DNA of 64,000 nucleotides from Anaerolineae bacterium (GTDB taxonomy: Bacteria; Chloroflexota; Anaerolineae; B4-G1; DUEL01), in assembly GCA_041082215.1 (NCBI GenBank), contig JBDOIF010000093.1:5504-69503 (forward strand), in the 5' to 3' direction. Of the stretch, positions 25,947-34,990 are shown in pieces. Both the position numbers and the translations under genes were made by a program. Position 1 is the first letter of the stretch, and every line of letters begins with the position of its first letter. The notes beneath the pieces are model-generated. The model worked only from the letters and a program-made list of their open reading frames with translations. It was not told where the DNA came from and searched no databases.

Positions 25947-26772
25947 CAAACGGGCCTGCAGGGGGGCGCGATACGTCGCCCTCCTGGTCGCTGGGGCGCT
26001 GCTCGTCGCCAGCCCGACGGCGGCGCAGGAGCCGCCCCATCGGGCCGGCCTGGTGGTGGTCCACGGGGACGGGCGGGCGGTCACCCGCTGCGTCTCCTTC
26101 GCCGAAGAGGCCATCACCGGAGTTGACCTGCTTCGCCGCTCCGGCCTCTCTGTGACCCTGTCCGCCTTCGGTGGGCTGGGATACGGCGTCTGCGCGATAG
26201 ACGGGGAGGGGTGCCAGGCCGAAAACTGTTTCTGCCAGTGCCAGGGGAGCCCCTGCGCCTACTGGGTCTACTCCCATCGCCAGCCGGATGGCTCGTGGGC
26301 CATCTCCGGCGTGGGGGCCAGCTCCTGGCAACTGCGGGACGGCGATGTGGACGGCTGGGTGTGGGGGGACGGGTCTACCGCTCCCCCACCCCTCCCCTTT
26401 GAGGCCATTTGCCCGGAAGATGCCGCTCCGCCTCCGACAGAACAACAGCCATCCCCGACAGCCGCCGGGTCTCCCACCGCACCGTCCACCCCACCCCCAT
26501 CGCCGACACATGCCATCGCCACCGCCACCCCTGCACCGCCCTCCGTCACAGCTACCCCAACCACCCCGCCAGGCCCCAGCCCGACCGTCCCCCCAACCCC
26601 CAATCCAACCATCCTCCCTACCCCCACGGACCGGCCTCCCGTATCCTCCCCCACCCCAACCTCCCAACCGGCAGCCGCTTCCGGTGTCTCTCCTGCCGGC
26701 TATGCCTTCTTCGGCCTCTTCACCCTGGGGCTGGTGGGCTTGCTCCTCTACGTCCTTTTGCGGCAAAAATGA
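25921..26772 (+). CDS. secreted Cys-rich DUF4430-like domain protein with Pro/Thr-rich stalk and C-terminal TM anchor; candidate cobalamin-binding beta-domain protein
   Basis: A signal peptide is followed by a globular domain of about 100 aa (CVSFAEE...GEGCQAENCFCQCQGSPCAYWVYSHRQPDGSWAISGVG...WQLRDGDVDGWVWGDGS), a long PT-rich linker and a C-terminal TM helix. It may start at TTG 25921 or GTG 25936. Confidence 0.65.
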   Translation: MPCAAVAGSKRACRGARYVALLVAGALLVASPTAAQEPPHRAGLVVVHGDGRAVTRCVSFAEEAITGVDLLRRSGLSVTLSAFGGLGYGVCAIDGEGCQAENCFCQCQGSPCAYWVYSHRQPDGSWAISGVGASSWQLRDGDVDGWVWGDGSTAPPPLPFEAICPEDAAPPPTEQQPSPTAAGSPTAPSTPPPSPTHAIATATPAPPSVTATPTTPPGPSPTVPPTPNPTILPTPTDRPPVSSPTPTSQPAAASGVSPAGYAFFGLFTLGLVGLLLYVLLRQK

Positions 26773-27569
26773 AACTCCGAAGCGCGATCTCCGGTTCCAT
26801 CTACGGGCTGAGTGCCGTCCTCGGCATCCTGGCCTTTCTGTACCCCTTCTTCCTCCACAGCCAGACGGCGGCTGCCGTAGGGCTGGCCCACAGCCAGGAC
26901 GCGCCGCTGGTGACGACGATGCTGGTGGGGCTTTCGCTGCTGGCCCTGCTGGTGGAAATGGAAGGGGAAGCGCTCAGCGCCAAGACGGTTGCCCTGCTGG
27001 GTGTGCTGGTCGCTCTCACCAGCGCCCTGCGCTTCCTGGAGGTCGCTTTCCCGATGCCCGGCGGCTTTTCCCCCATCTTCGCCTTCATCATCCTCGCTGG
27101 CTATGTCTTCGGCGGGCGGTTCGGCTTCCTGATGGGCGTGTTTACCCTGCTCGCCTCCGCCCTGATCACCGGAGGGGTAGGCCCCTGGCTTCCCTACCAG
27201 ATGTTCACTGCCGGCTGGGTCGGCCTCACGGCCGGCTGGCTCCCACGCAAAACCCAGCACACGACGCGCTCCATCCTCCTTCTCTCTATCTTCGCCTTCG
27301 CCTGGGGCTTTCTTTACGGCGCGGTGATGAACCTCTACTTCTGGCCTTTCGCCGTGGGGCCGGCCGGGCAGAGCTGGCAACCAGGCATCGGGCTGAAGGA
27401 GACCCTGGCCCGTTACGCCGCCTTCTACATCGTCACTTCGCTGGGATGGGACCTGATGCGGGCATTGGGGAACTTCGCCCTGATCCTGCTCCTGGGAGCG
27501 CCGGTGGTCCGGGTGTTCACCCGCTTCCGGCACCGCTTTCACTTCGAACTGGAGGCCAGCAATGGTTGA
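26769..27569 (+). CDS. polytopic membrane protein, probable ECF-type substrate-capture (S) component
   Basis: 267 aa with about 7 TM helices. It lies directly upstream of, and overlaps, the EcfT-A-A' fusion, and sits in the B12 riboswitch operon. Confidence 0.55.
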   Translation: MKLRSAISGSIYGLSAVLGILAFLYPFFLHSQTAAAVGLAHSQDAPLVTTMLVGLSLLALLVEMEGEALSAKTVALLGVLVALTSALRFLEVAFPMPGGFSPIFAFIILAGYVFGGRFGFLMGVFTLLASALITGGVGPWLPYQMFTAGWVGLTAGWLPRKTQHTTRSILLLSIFAFAWGFLYGAVMNLYFWPFAVGPAGQSWQPGIGLKETLARYAAFYIVTSLGWDLMRALGNFALILLLGAPVVRVFTRFRHRFHFELEASNG

Positions 27570-30330
27570 TGTGCGGGCCTGGCTTCTCTGGGCGCTGACG
27601 GGGACGGTGATCGCCTCCTCCACCCGCAACCCCCTCTATCTCTTCCTTCTGGTGCTGACGATCGCGGTGGTGGGCGCGGCCCGGCCATCCGGCTCCAGGC
27701 GGAAGCAGGCCCTATCCTCCCTCCGCTTTACAGCGGCAGCCGTCCCTCTGGCCGCCCTGTTCAACGGCCTGACCGCCCACATCGGCGATACGGTCCTTTT
27801 CCACCTGCCTGCCCGACTCCTGCTGATCGGCGGGCCGGTGACGGCGGAAGCCCTCATCTATGGGGCGATCAGCGGCCTCACACTGACCACAATTCTGAGC
27901 GCTTTCGCCGTCTTCAACCAGGTGACGCCGGTTCACGAACTGGTGGGCCTCACCCCACGCGCCCTGCACGAGACCGGCATCATCCTCTCCATCGCCCTCA
28001 CCTTCATCCCCCAGACGGGCCGCAGCCTGACCCGTATCCGGGAGGCCCAGGCTGTGCGCGGCCACCGCCTGCGGGGACTTCGCGGCTGGCTCCCTATCCT
28101 CATTCCCCTCCTGGTGAGCGGGATGGAACAGTCTATGGGGCTGGCCGAGGCGATGGTCGCCCGCGGGTACGGCTCCGTTTCGGACCGGGACCATTCCACC
28201 CGCACACGGGGGCTGCTGGCCCTGGGACTGCTCGGCGTGCTCGGGGGGTGGCTGGGGATGCTTTTCCTCCCTGCCTGGAAGTATGCTGCGCTGGTCGGGT
28301 TGCTGGCCGGCGGCCTTCTCGTCATCAGCGCACTGTGGCTGGCAGGACGGGCCGCTCCACGGACCGCTTACCGCCCCAGGCGGTGGACCCCTCAGAGCAC
28401 GCTGGTCGTTCTGGGCTGTGGGGCGGCGCTGGCTGCGGTCCTGTTGCCCTGGCCCGGAGCCGAAACGGCAGCCTATACACCCTACCCCAGCCTCACCCTC
28501 CCCCCCTTCGACCCGGCTGTCGGGCTGGGCCTGCTGGGGCTGCTGATGCCAGCACTGGCTGCAGAACGGCGACCTGCACGAGAGGAGGCCCGGGGACCGG
28601 TCCGTTCCTGCGCTCCTGTGACCTCATCCCCTTCTCCTGCGAGGAAAGGGGGAGGGAACGGGGATAAGGTCTCCAGACCCCTATCAGATGCCCCCTTCAT
28701 CCAGTTCAGCCGGTTCACCTATACTTACCCCCAGGCCCTCCACCCTGCCCTCTCCGGGGTGAACCTCCGCATTGAGGAAGGGGAATTCGTGCTGGTGACC
28801 GGCGTCTCCGGTGCAGGCAAGTCCACCCTGCTGCGGGCCCTCAACGGCCTGGTTCCCCACTTCAGCGGGGGGAAGGTGCAGGGCCACGTCTCCGTCGCCG
28901 GGCACAGCCCCGCCGTAGAAGGGCCGCAGGTGCTCAGCCGGGTCGTCGGCTTCGTCTTTCAGGACCCCGAGGCCCAGTTCGTCGTGGATCGGGTGGAGGA
29001 CGAGATCGCCTTTGCGCTGGAGAACCTGGCCCTCCCCCCTGCCCAGATGCGCCTGCGGGTGGAGGAGGTGATGGACCTCCTGGGGCTTACCCCACTGCGG
29101 GATCGGCCGCTGGAGAGCCTCTCCGGAGGGGAGAAGCAACGGGTCGCCATCGGCGCAGCCCTGGCCCTCCGCCCCCGCGTCCTCGTCCTGGACGAACCCA
29201 CCTCCCAGCTCGACCCCTGGTCGGCCGACGAGGTGTTGCAGGCCCTGGTGCGCCTGAACCGGGAGCTGGGCCTCACCGTTATCCTGGCCGAACACCGGCT
29301 GGAGCGAGTCCTCCCCTACGCGGACCGGCTGGTCTACCTGCCGGCCCCCTCGGAGGGGAGGCGGCGGAACGGGCGGGTGCTGAGCGGCCCACCCCGCCAG
29401 GTCCTTCCCCGGATGGAGCTGACGCCGCCGCTGGTCACCCTGGGCAAGGCTCTGGGCTGGGACCCGCTCCCCATTACCCTGGAGGAAGCGCCAGCGACCA
29501 GCGGCGAGCTACGGACAACCAGTAACCAGCAACCAGCAACGAGCTACAGGCAACCGGCAACCCTTCTCCGCATACGGGGGCTTTCTTTCAGCTACGGGGC
29601 CACCCCAGCCCTGCGCGGTGTGGACCTGGAGGTGGGGATGGGAGAGCTGGTGGCATTGATGGGGCGCAACGGCTCCGGCAAGACCACGCTGCTGCGATGC
29701 GTCGTGGGGCTGCTGCACCCTTCAGGGGGAGAGATCGAACTGGAAGGTCGCTCTCTTGTGGGGCTGGACCCGACCCGCATTTGTCGGCAGGTGGGGTATC
29801 TGCCCCAGGAGCCGGACGATCTGCTCTTTGCCGAGACGGTGGCAGAGGAACTGGCCGTCACCCTGCGCAACCACGGCCTTCTCGACCGCCCGCCTATCTC
29901 CCCTGCTACCCTGCTGGAGCGCCTGGGGCTGGGGGGTGTGGCGACGGCCTACCCGCGCGACCTGAGCGTTGGCCAGCGGCAGCGGGTAGCGCTGGGGGCG
30001 GTCACCGTCACCCGGCCCCGGCTCCTGCTCCTGGACGAGCCAACGCGGGGGATGGACTACCTCGCCAAGCAGGGACTGGTCCGCCTGCTCCGGGAATGGC
30101 AGGCGGAGGGGGTCGGTGTCCTGCTGGTGACCCACGATGTGGAGCTGGCAGCTCAGGCAGCGGACCGCGTGGTGGTGCTGGACCAGGGGGAGGTGGTCGC
30201 AGCGGGCCCCCCATCGGAAGTGCTTTCCGGCCCCTCCCTTTTCGCCCCCCAGATCGCCCGGCTCTTTCCGGGCACGGGCTGGCTGACCGTCGAGGAGGCG
30301 CTGGCAGGGCTGGCTAGGGGGAGTGGATGA
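27562..30330 (+). CDS. triple fusion EcfT-EcfA-EcfA' (ECF transporter T component fused to two ABC ATPase domains), 922 aa
   Basis: An N-terminal CbiQ/EcfT membrane domain of about 230 aa is followed by a Pro-rich linker. NBD1 carries [17 protein letters not shown] and VLDEPTS. NBD2 carries [17 protein letters not shown] and LLDEPT. Confidence 0.85.
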   Translation: MVDVRAWLLWALTGTVIASSTRNPLYLFLLVLTIAVVGAARPSGSRRKQALSSLRFTAAAVPLAALFNGLTAHIGDTVLFHLPARLLLIGGPVTAEALIYGAISGLTLTTILSAFAVFNQVTPVHELVGLTPRALHETGIILSIALTFIPQTGRSLTRIREAQAVRGHRLRGLRGWLPILIPLLVSGMEQSMGLAEAMVARGYGSVSDRDHSTRTRGLLALGLLGVLGGWLGMLFLPAWKYAALVGLLAGGLLVISALWLAGRAAPRTAYRPRRWTPQSTLVVLGCGAALAAVLLPWPGAETAAYTPYPSLTLPPFDPAVGLGLLGLLMPALAAERRPAREEARGPVRSCAPVTSSPSPARKGGGNGDKVSRPLSDAPFIQFSRFTYTYPQALHPALSGVNLRIEEGEFVLVTGVSGAGKSTLLRALNGLVPHFSGGKVQGHVSVAGHSPAVEGPQVLSRVVGFVFQDPEAQFVVDRVEDEIAFALENLALPPAQMRLRVEEVMDLLGLTPLRDRPLESLSGGEKQRVAIGAALALRPRVLVLDEPTSQLDPWSADEVLQALVRLNRELGLTVILAEHRLERVLPYADRLVYLPAPSEGRRRNGRVLSGPPRQVLPRMELTPPLVTLGKALGWDPLPITLEEAPATSGELRTTSNQQPATSYRQPATLLRIRGLSFSYGATPALRGVDLEVGMGELVALMGRNGSGKTTLLRCVVGLLHPSGGEIELEGRSLVGLDPTRICRQVGYLPQEPDDLLFAETVAEELAVTLRNHGLLDRPPISPATLLERLGLGGVATAYPRDLSVGQRQRVALGAVTVTRPRLLLLDEPTRGMDYLAKQGLVRLLREWQAEGVGVLLVTHDVELAAQAADRVVVLDQGEVVAAGPPSEVLSGPSLFAPQIARLFPGTGWLTVEEALAGLARGSG

Positions 30331-31405
30331 GCTGACGGTAGAAGGCCACCGTCTCCGCCGCCACCCGGGCCTGGGTGTAGTGAGCCAGTACCCGCTCCCG
30401 CCCCTTCCGGGCCAGCTCTGCCCGCAGCTCCGGCTCGGCCATCAGCCGGGCCAGATGGCCCCGCAGCTCCTCCACGTCCCCCTCCGGAAAGAGCAGGCCG
30501 GCGTCGCCGATCACGTGGGGGATCTCACCGCAGTCCGATCCGACCACCGGCACGCCGCAGGCCATCGCCTCCACCAGCACCCGCCCAAACTGCTCGATCC
30601 AGTTGGGCCGGGAGCGGGAGGGGAGGACCAGGACATCCAGCCGGTGGTAAAAGCGGGTCATCTGGGTGGAGGGAAGCGTGCCCAGGAAAGCGACCCGGTC
30701 CCCAATGCCCAGCCCTTTGGCCAGCTTCTCCAGATCGGCCCGCAGGGGGCCGCTGCCCAGCACCTCCACCCGCACCTCCCTCAGCTCTGCCGCCGCCCGC
30801 AGCAGGAGGTCAGCCCCTTTCTCCTCCACCAGCCGCCCGGCAAAACCGACCACAAAATCCTCCCGCCGCTCCCTCCGGGATGGAGGCGCAAGAAGGTGGG
30901 GGTCCACCCCGAACTGGGGGATAACGACCAGAGGGCCGATGTACCCTTTCTCCCGCCACACCCGGGCCGAGGTGTGGCTGCCGGCGATGGCCCCGTCGGC
31001 ATGGTGGAGGCAATATTTTTCAAAAAAGGAGAAGGGAGGGGGATAGCGACGGAGGAGATTCTGCCAGCTAAACCAGAGGGTGCGGCAACCCACCTGGCGG
31101 GCCAGCACCATCCCGTGAAAGGTCGCCAGATTGTACGGCTCCTCGTCCAGGTGGACCAGGTCAGGCCGGAAGGAGCGGATATGGCGGGCCAGGCGGGGGT
31201 AGAAGTGGAGGTGGAAGTTGCCGTTAAGGGCCATCCACTCGACCGCCAGCTCATACCCCTGCGTATGGGCACGCTCCAGGGGGAGCGTTCCGCGCTCGTC
31301 CCGCCAGTAGGGAGGCACGACCACCCGCAGCTCCAGATCGTCGTGGGAGGCGATCTCCTCCAGCTTGCGCTGGTAGATACCAACGATGCAGGCCTTGGAG
31401 ACCAT
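30314..31405 (-). CDS. glycosyltransferase family 4
   Basis: GT-B fold with EX7E-type motif ([21 protein letters not shown]). The ATG at 31405 (MVSKACIVG) is preferred because the upstream ORF extension runs into MITE copy B. Confidence 0.8.
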   Translation of the reverse strand: MVSKACIVGIYQRKLEEIASHDDLELRVVVPPYWRDERGTLPLERAHTQGYELAVEWMALNGNFHLHFYPRLARHIRSFRPDLVHLDEEPYNLATFHGMVLARQVGCRTLWFSWQNLLRRYPPPFSFFEKYCLHHADGAIAGSHTSARVWREKGYIGPLVVIPQFGVDPHLLAPPSRRERREDFVVGFAGRLVEEKGADLLLRAAAELREVRVEVLGSGPLRADLEKLAKGLGIGDRVAFLGTLPSTQMTRFYHRLDVLVLPSRSRPNWIEQFGRVLVEAMACGVPVVGSDCGEIPHVIGDAGLLFPEGDVEELRGHLARLMAEPELRAELARKGRERVLAHYTQARVAAETVAFYRQLIHSP

Positions 31406-31432
31406 CAGGATGCGCAAGGGGTGTTCTCCACT

Positions 31433-31624
31433 GGGCGTATTTCCATTTCGGGGCGAGTGGTCCTCTCGCCCGCTGATGGATCGCGAATCCCACGAATGGC
31501 CCAAATACAGCGAACAGGAGGGATCCCTGCCCCATTCGCGGTATTCATTTCCATTCGTGCCATTCGTGTTTCCCCAGGTCCGGCCCCGGTCAGGGACATC
31601 CCGCCCCCAGACTGAAATACACCT
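31433..31624. mobile_element. MITE-like element copy B (about 190 bp) flanked by a 9-bp TTCTCCACT target-site duplication
   Basis: The element runs from GGGCGTATTTCCATTTCGGGGCGAGTGG to GCCCCCAGACTGAAATACACC. The flanks ttctccact / ttctccact are identical. It is about 85% identical to copy A. Confidence 0.65.
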
Positions 31625-31749
31625 TCTCCACTTCAGTCAGGTTTTGCGGATTGCGGATCCCGCGAATAGCCTGAATTCCAGGATGGATGGCGCTTTCATC
31701 CCTTTCGCGTCATTCACCCTCATTCGCGCTATCCGCGTTTTCCGGTTTG

Positions 31750-31778
31750 TTGACATCCCTTTGCATTGTGCTATAATT
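31750..31778 (+). promoter_or_regulatory. consensus sigma70 promoter TTGACA-17-TATAAT
   Basis: ttgacatccctttgcattgtgctataat, about 180 bp upstream of the 31961 gene. Confidence 0.7.
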
Positions 31779-31960
31779 TCGACCCGTTGACAAGTCGGCG
31801 AGGTGGCATGGGGCGATCACGCCGCCAGCGCAGCCCCGACAGGAGAGGTCCTCTCACCGCCGCGCTGGCGGCGGCATCATGGCTGCCGTTGCCCTTGTCT
31901 CTCCTCTTTCAACACGCCGAGGTGGAGGCAAGGTAAGAACAGGAGGTCAGGAGGAAGGTT

Positions 31961-33514
31961 ATGGGAAAAAAGAGCGGGCTATGGACCGTTGCGGTTGCGG
32001 CGGTGCTTGTTCTGGGGACCCTGTCGGGATGGGCAAATGCAGCGCCGTCGCTCCAGGGGACGGGAGAGAACCTGCTGAAGAACCCGGGGTTTGAGGGGCT
32101 CACCTGCAACCCGGCCTCTCCGCCGGGGTGGTGCTACGATAACTGGACCCGCGATACCTACAACGGGATTCCCTATGGGGAGATCTTCACTCCACAGGGA
32201 TGGGTCACGTTCTGGAGCGAGGGGACGAACCCGGCAGATGGGCGGAAGTACGGTCGGCCGGAGTGTAAGGTCATCCCCAAGCAAGCCCCCTTCCTGGGCC
32301 CTCCGGCCCGCATCCGCAGCGGGAACTACGCGATCATGCAGTTCGGTTTCTTCCGCGCCATTGACTCCGGCGTGTACCAGGTCGTCACCGGGCTGACGCC
32401 CCACGCCATCGTCCAGGCCTCCGCCTATGCCCACGCCTGGGCCTGCGGCGACGACGAGCACGGGGCCTACTCCTGCGGCGAGCCGTATCAGATGCTCTTC
32501 CGCGTCGGCATAGACCCCAACGGCGGCACCAATCCCTGGAGCCCGACCGTCATCTGGGCCAGCGGCTACTCGTACGACGAGTACCGCCTCATCGGCCCGG
32601 TGCAGGCCGAGGTGGGCGATGCTGGCACGGTTACCGTTTTTCTGCGGGCAACGGCCAAGTGGCCCCTGAAGCACAACGATGTCTACTGGGACGATGCCTC
32701 CCTGATCTACGTCACCCCGCCGGCCACACCGACCAACACCCCGCTGCCCCCGCCCCCCACGGCAACGCCCGGCCCCTCTCCCACTCCGCTGCCCACCCCC
32801 ACCCCCCGGCCCGATGGCGCCATCGTCCACATCGTCCAGCCGGGCGACACGCTCTTCGGCATCGCTCTCCAGTACGGCGTGCCGATGGAGCAGATTCAGC
32901 AGTTGAATGCCGGCTCCATCGGCCCCAACAATCTGATCCAGGTGGGTCAGGAGCTGGTCATCGCCATACCCTCCGCCACCCCCACCCCGGTTCCGCCCCC
33001 CACTCAGGTGGCAGAGGTCACCGCCACTCCTGCGCCCGCCGAGGTAGGGGCGGTCTGTGTGCTGGCCTACCATGACCGAAACGGGGATACCTTCCGGCAG
33101 CCAGACACAGAAGAGCCATTGCCCAACGCCGTCTTCTCCCTGGGCGATGCGAGCGGCCTTCTGGGGCAATACACCACCGACGGCCTGAGCGAGCCCTACT
33201 GCTTCACCGGGCTGGCCCCGGGCACCTACCGGGTGGCCATGCAGCCGCCAGCGGGCTATGTGGCCAGCGGGCCTTCCGACATGGCGCTCGCAATGGGCAC
33301 AGGGGGAGCGCTGGAAATAGCTATGGGGGCCAGGCGAGGCGAAGCACCGGCCACACCCGAAGGGTCGGAAGTGGTCCAGCCGGAACCCACAGAGGAGGCC
33401 ACCTCGGGCCTGCCGCTGGTGCTCCGCCGGGCGGCCGGCGTCAGCGGCATCCTGCTTCTGGGGCTGGCACTGGCAGTGGCCGTCCTCTTCGTCCTCTCCC
33501 GCCTGCGACGGTAG
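31961..33514 (+). CDS. secreted multidomain protein: carbohydrate-binding-like N-terminal domain, Pro/Thr linkers, LysM domain, SdrD-B/Cna-B-like domain, C-terminal TM anchor
   Basis: Signal peptide; NLLKNPGFE... beta-sandwich region; LysM (IVHIVQPGDTLFGIALQYGVPMEQIQQLN); a VCVLAYHDRNGDTFRQPD...GTYRV region; hydrophobic C-terminus followed by RLRR. Confidence 0.75.
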   Translation: MGKKSGLWTVAVAAVLVLGTLSGWANAAPSLQGTGENLLKNPGFEGLTCNPASPPGWCYDNWTRDTYNGIPYGEIFTPQGWVTFWSEGTNPADGRKYGRPECKVIPKQAPFLGPPARIRSGNYAIMQFGFFRAIDSGVYQVVTGLTPHAIVQASAYAHAWACGDDEHGAYSCGEPYQMLFRVGIDPNGGTNPWSPTVIWASGYSYDEYRLIGPVQAEVGDAGTVTVFLRATAKWPLKHNDVYWDDASLIYVTPPATPTNTPLPPPPTATPGPSPTPLPTPTPRPDGAIVHIVQPGDTLFGIALQYGVPMEQIQQLNAGSIGPNNLIQVGQELVIAIPSATPTPVPPPTQVAEVTATPAPAEVGAVCVLAYHDRNGDTFRQPDTEEPLPNAVFSLGDASGLLGQYTTDGLSEPYCFTGLAPGTYRVAMQPPAGYVASGPSDMALAMGTGGALEIAMGARRGEAPATPEGSEVVQPEPTEEATSGLPLVLRRAAGVSGILLLGLALAVAVLFVLSRLRR

Positions 33515-33543
33515 CTCTCGGCAGGGAAGCTCCGACAAACAGA

Positions 33544-33574
33544 CATCGCCTGGGGGATCCCCAGGCGATGTTTT
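33544..33574. terminator. bidirectional intrinsic terminator between convergent genes
   Basis: CATCGCCTGGGG-gatc-CCCCAGGCGATG followed by TTTT. Confidence 0.7.
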
Positions 33575-33596
33575 CATCGTTAGGGTCAGAGAACAC

Positions 33597-33794
33597 CTAC
33601 TCCTCTTCTTCCCACTCCTCTTCCCAGTCTTCCTCCCATTCCTCCTCGTAGTCAACCCAGTCCAGCTCAACGGGGTCCAGTTCGATCACCTCCAGCTCGG
33701 CTTCGCAGTAGGGGCAGACCACCCTCTGGCCGATTCTGGGGCGCCCGGACAACTTGATGTCGTCCCCACAGGACGGGCAAATCGCCACAGGCAT
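33597..33794 (-). CDS. LysW-like zinc-ribbon small protein with extended W/E-rich acidic tail (paralog 1)
   Basis: MPVAICPSCGDDIKLSGRPRIGQRVVCPYCEAELEVIELDPVELDWVDYEEEWEEDWEEEWEEEE shares the CPxCG...VVCxxCxAELEV..LDP architecture of LysW/amino-group carrier proteins. Confidence 0.75.
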   Translation of the reverse strand: MPVAICPSCGDDIKLSGRPRIGQRVVCPYCEAELEVIELDPVELDWVDYEEEWEEDWEEEWEEEE

Positions 33795-33934
33795 ATCCTA
33801 CCTCCTAACGGCTAAGATGGCTCTCTGTTGCAGGCGCGGTAGATTATAGGCAAAAGCTGTGAAAAAGGACGTAGAAGGGGCGTTCTAAAGACATTTCAGG
33901 GGACGGGGGAACGTGAAATTCCTGCCACAGTCGT

Positions 33935-34615
33935 TCAGCTCTGCGTGCTCAGCGTGTACCCCACGCCGGGGACGGTCATGATATAGCGGGGAGCGCGCGG
34001 GTCGGGCTCGATCTTGGCCCGCAGCCGGCTGACCAGCCCACGGACCAGGTCCCGGTCCCCCTCCCCCGTATATCCCCACACATGCTCCACCAGCGTCTCT
34101 GTGGGGAGCACCTGGTCTCGATTGATCATCAGCGTGTACAGCAGTCGGAACTCCAGGTGCGTCAACCGCTGAGGCGGCTGGTCCCCGACCTGCACCGCCC
34201 GTGTGGCGGGGTCCAGAGTCAGTCCTGCCACGCTCAGGGTCGGCAGCGTGAAGAACGGGACCCCCACCGCCCGCCGCAACAAAGCCCGCACCTGGGCGAT
34301 CAGCACCCGGGCGCTGAAAGGGCGCAGGATGACCAGGTCTGCCCCTGCCTCAAGGAGCTCGACATGAACCCCCTCTTCGATCCGGCCGGCGATCACCATC
34401 AGCGGCACCTGGGTTTGCGCCCGGAGGCGCCGAATCTGAGTGGCCGGTGGGCTTTCCCTGGCCGCCAGAACGACAAAATCCGCTGGCTTCTCCGGCCCTG
34501 TCTGCATAATCCGCTCCAGCGTGGCAGCCCGGCTCACGGTGAGGCCAGCCCGCTGCAACACCAGCGTCAGCACCGCCGCCTCGTCGGGGTCATAAGCAAC
34601 CAGCAGGGCGTGCAT
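33935..34615 (-). CDS. response regulator, OmpR/PhoB family (receiver + winged-helix DNA-binding domain)
   Basis: Receiver domain with a phospho-acceptor Asp and a C-terminal trans_reg_C (VGYTL). Confidence 0.85.
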   Translation of the reverse strand: MHALLVAYDPDEAAVLTLVLQRAGLTVSRAATLERIMQTGPEKPADFVVLAARESPPATQIRRLRAQTQVPLMVIAGRIEEGVHVELLEAGADLVILRPFSARVLIAQVRALLRRAVGVPFFTLPTLSVAGLTLDPATRAVQVGDQPPQRLTHLEFRLLYTLMINRDQVLPTETLVEHVWGYTGEGDRDLVRGLVSRLRAKIEPDPRAPRYIMTVPGVGYTLSTQS

Positions 34616-34846
34616 CCGAAAGAGACCTCCGCAGAATGGGATGGATGATGTCCTAATGATACCTTAATAGCGGAAGAAGACAAGTCAAAAAACGCCGAGA
34701 GGCACAGAGGACGCGGAGAAACGTCAGGAGGCCTCAGATTCTCCGCAGAGACTCTATGCTCCATGGTGAGAACAAACGAAAAGCCTCCCCCCCGATATGT
34801 AAGGGAGAGGCTTCTTGAGCTATGCTCAGCTTATTCGGTTTTCGTC

Positions 34847-34939
34847 TTACTTTTTCTTCTTGCCACCCGGCTTCTTCTTGCCGCCGCCCTTATCGGTGGT
34901 GGTGGTGGTGGTAGTAGTCTTCTGAGTCTTTTTTGCCAT
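34847..34939 (-). CDS. candidate 30-aa Lys/Thr-rich peptide MAKKTQKTTTTTTTTDKGGGKKKPGGKKKK
   Basis: Not in the ORF track because it is under 60 aa. GGGAGGGG lies 7 nt upstream of the ATG, 52 nt downstream of LysW-like paralog 2 on the same strand. Confidence 0.4.
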   Translation of the reverse strand: MAKKTQKTTTTTTTTDKGGGKKKPGGKKKK

Positions 34940-34990
34940 TTTAACCCCTCCCGTTAAGATAGAATCCCCTCGGGAAAGCCTTCCCAGGAG

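Noticed and set aside
24483-26117. 544-aa minus-strand ORF antisense to the B12-operon genes. Other long antisense ORFs show the same pattern: 2931..4262, 8218..9204, 12020..13120, 20431..22023, 23046..24410, 26288..27598, 31979..33670, 36189..37304, 43267..44973, 50782..51762, 57804..59249, 60385..61497.
   Set aside because: Long open frames on the opposite strand are expected in high-GC DNA. The translations are Gly/Arg/Pro-rich low-complexity sequence with no domain signatures. The sense-strand genes have clear conserved motifs and RBSs.
29500-29560. Low-complexity DNA AACCAGTAACCAGCAACCAGCAACGAGC inside the ECF fusion
   Set aside because: It lies in-frame in the Pro/Gln-rich linker between the two ATPase domains (…[16 protein letters not shown]…). 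It is a coding linker, not a separate element.
33885-33935. Short inverted pair ACATTTCAGGGG ... CGTGAAATTCC resembling the MITE TIR core
   Set aside because: It is only about 40 bp with no TSD or second TIR at MITE distance. It is probably a chance or relic match.
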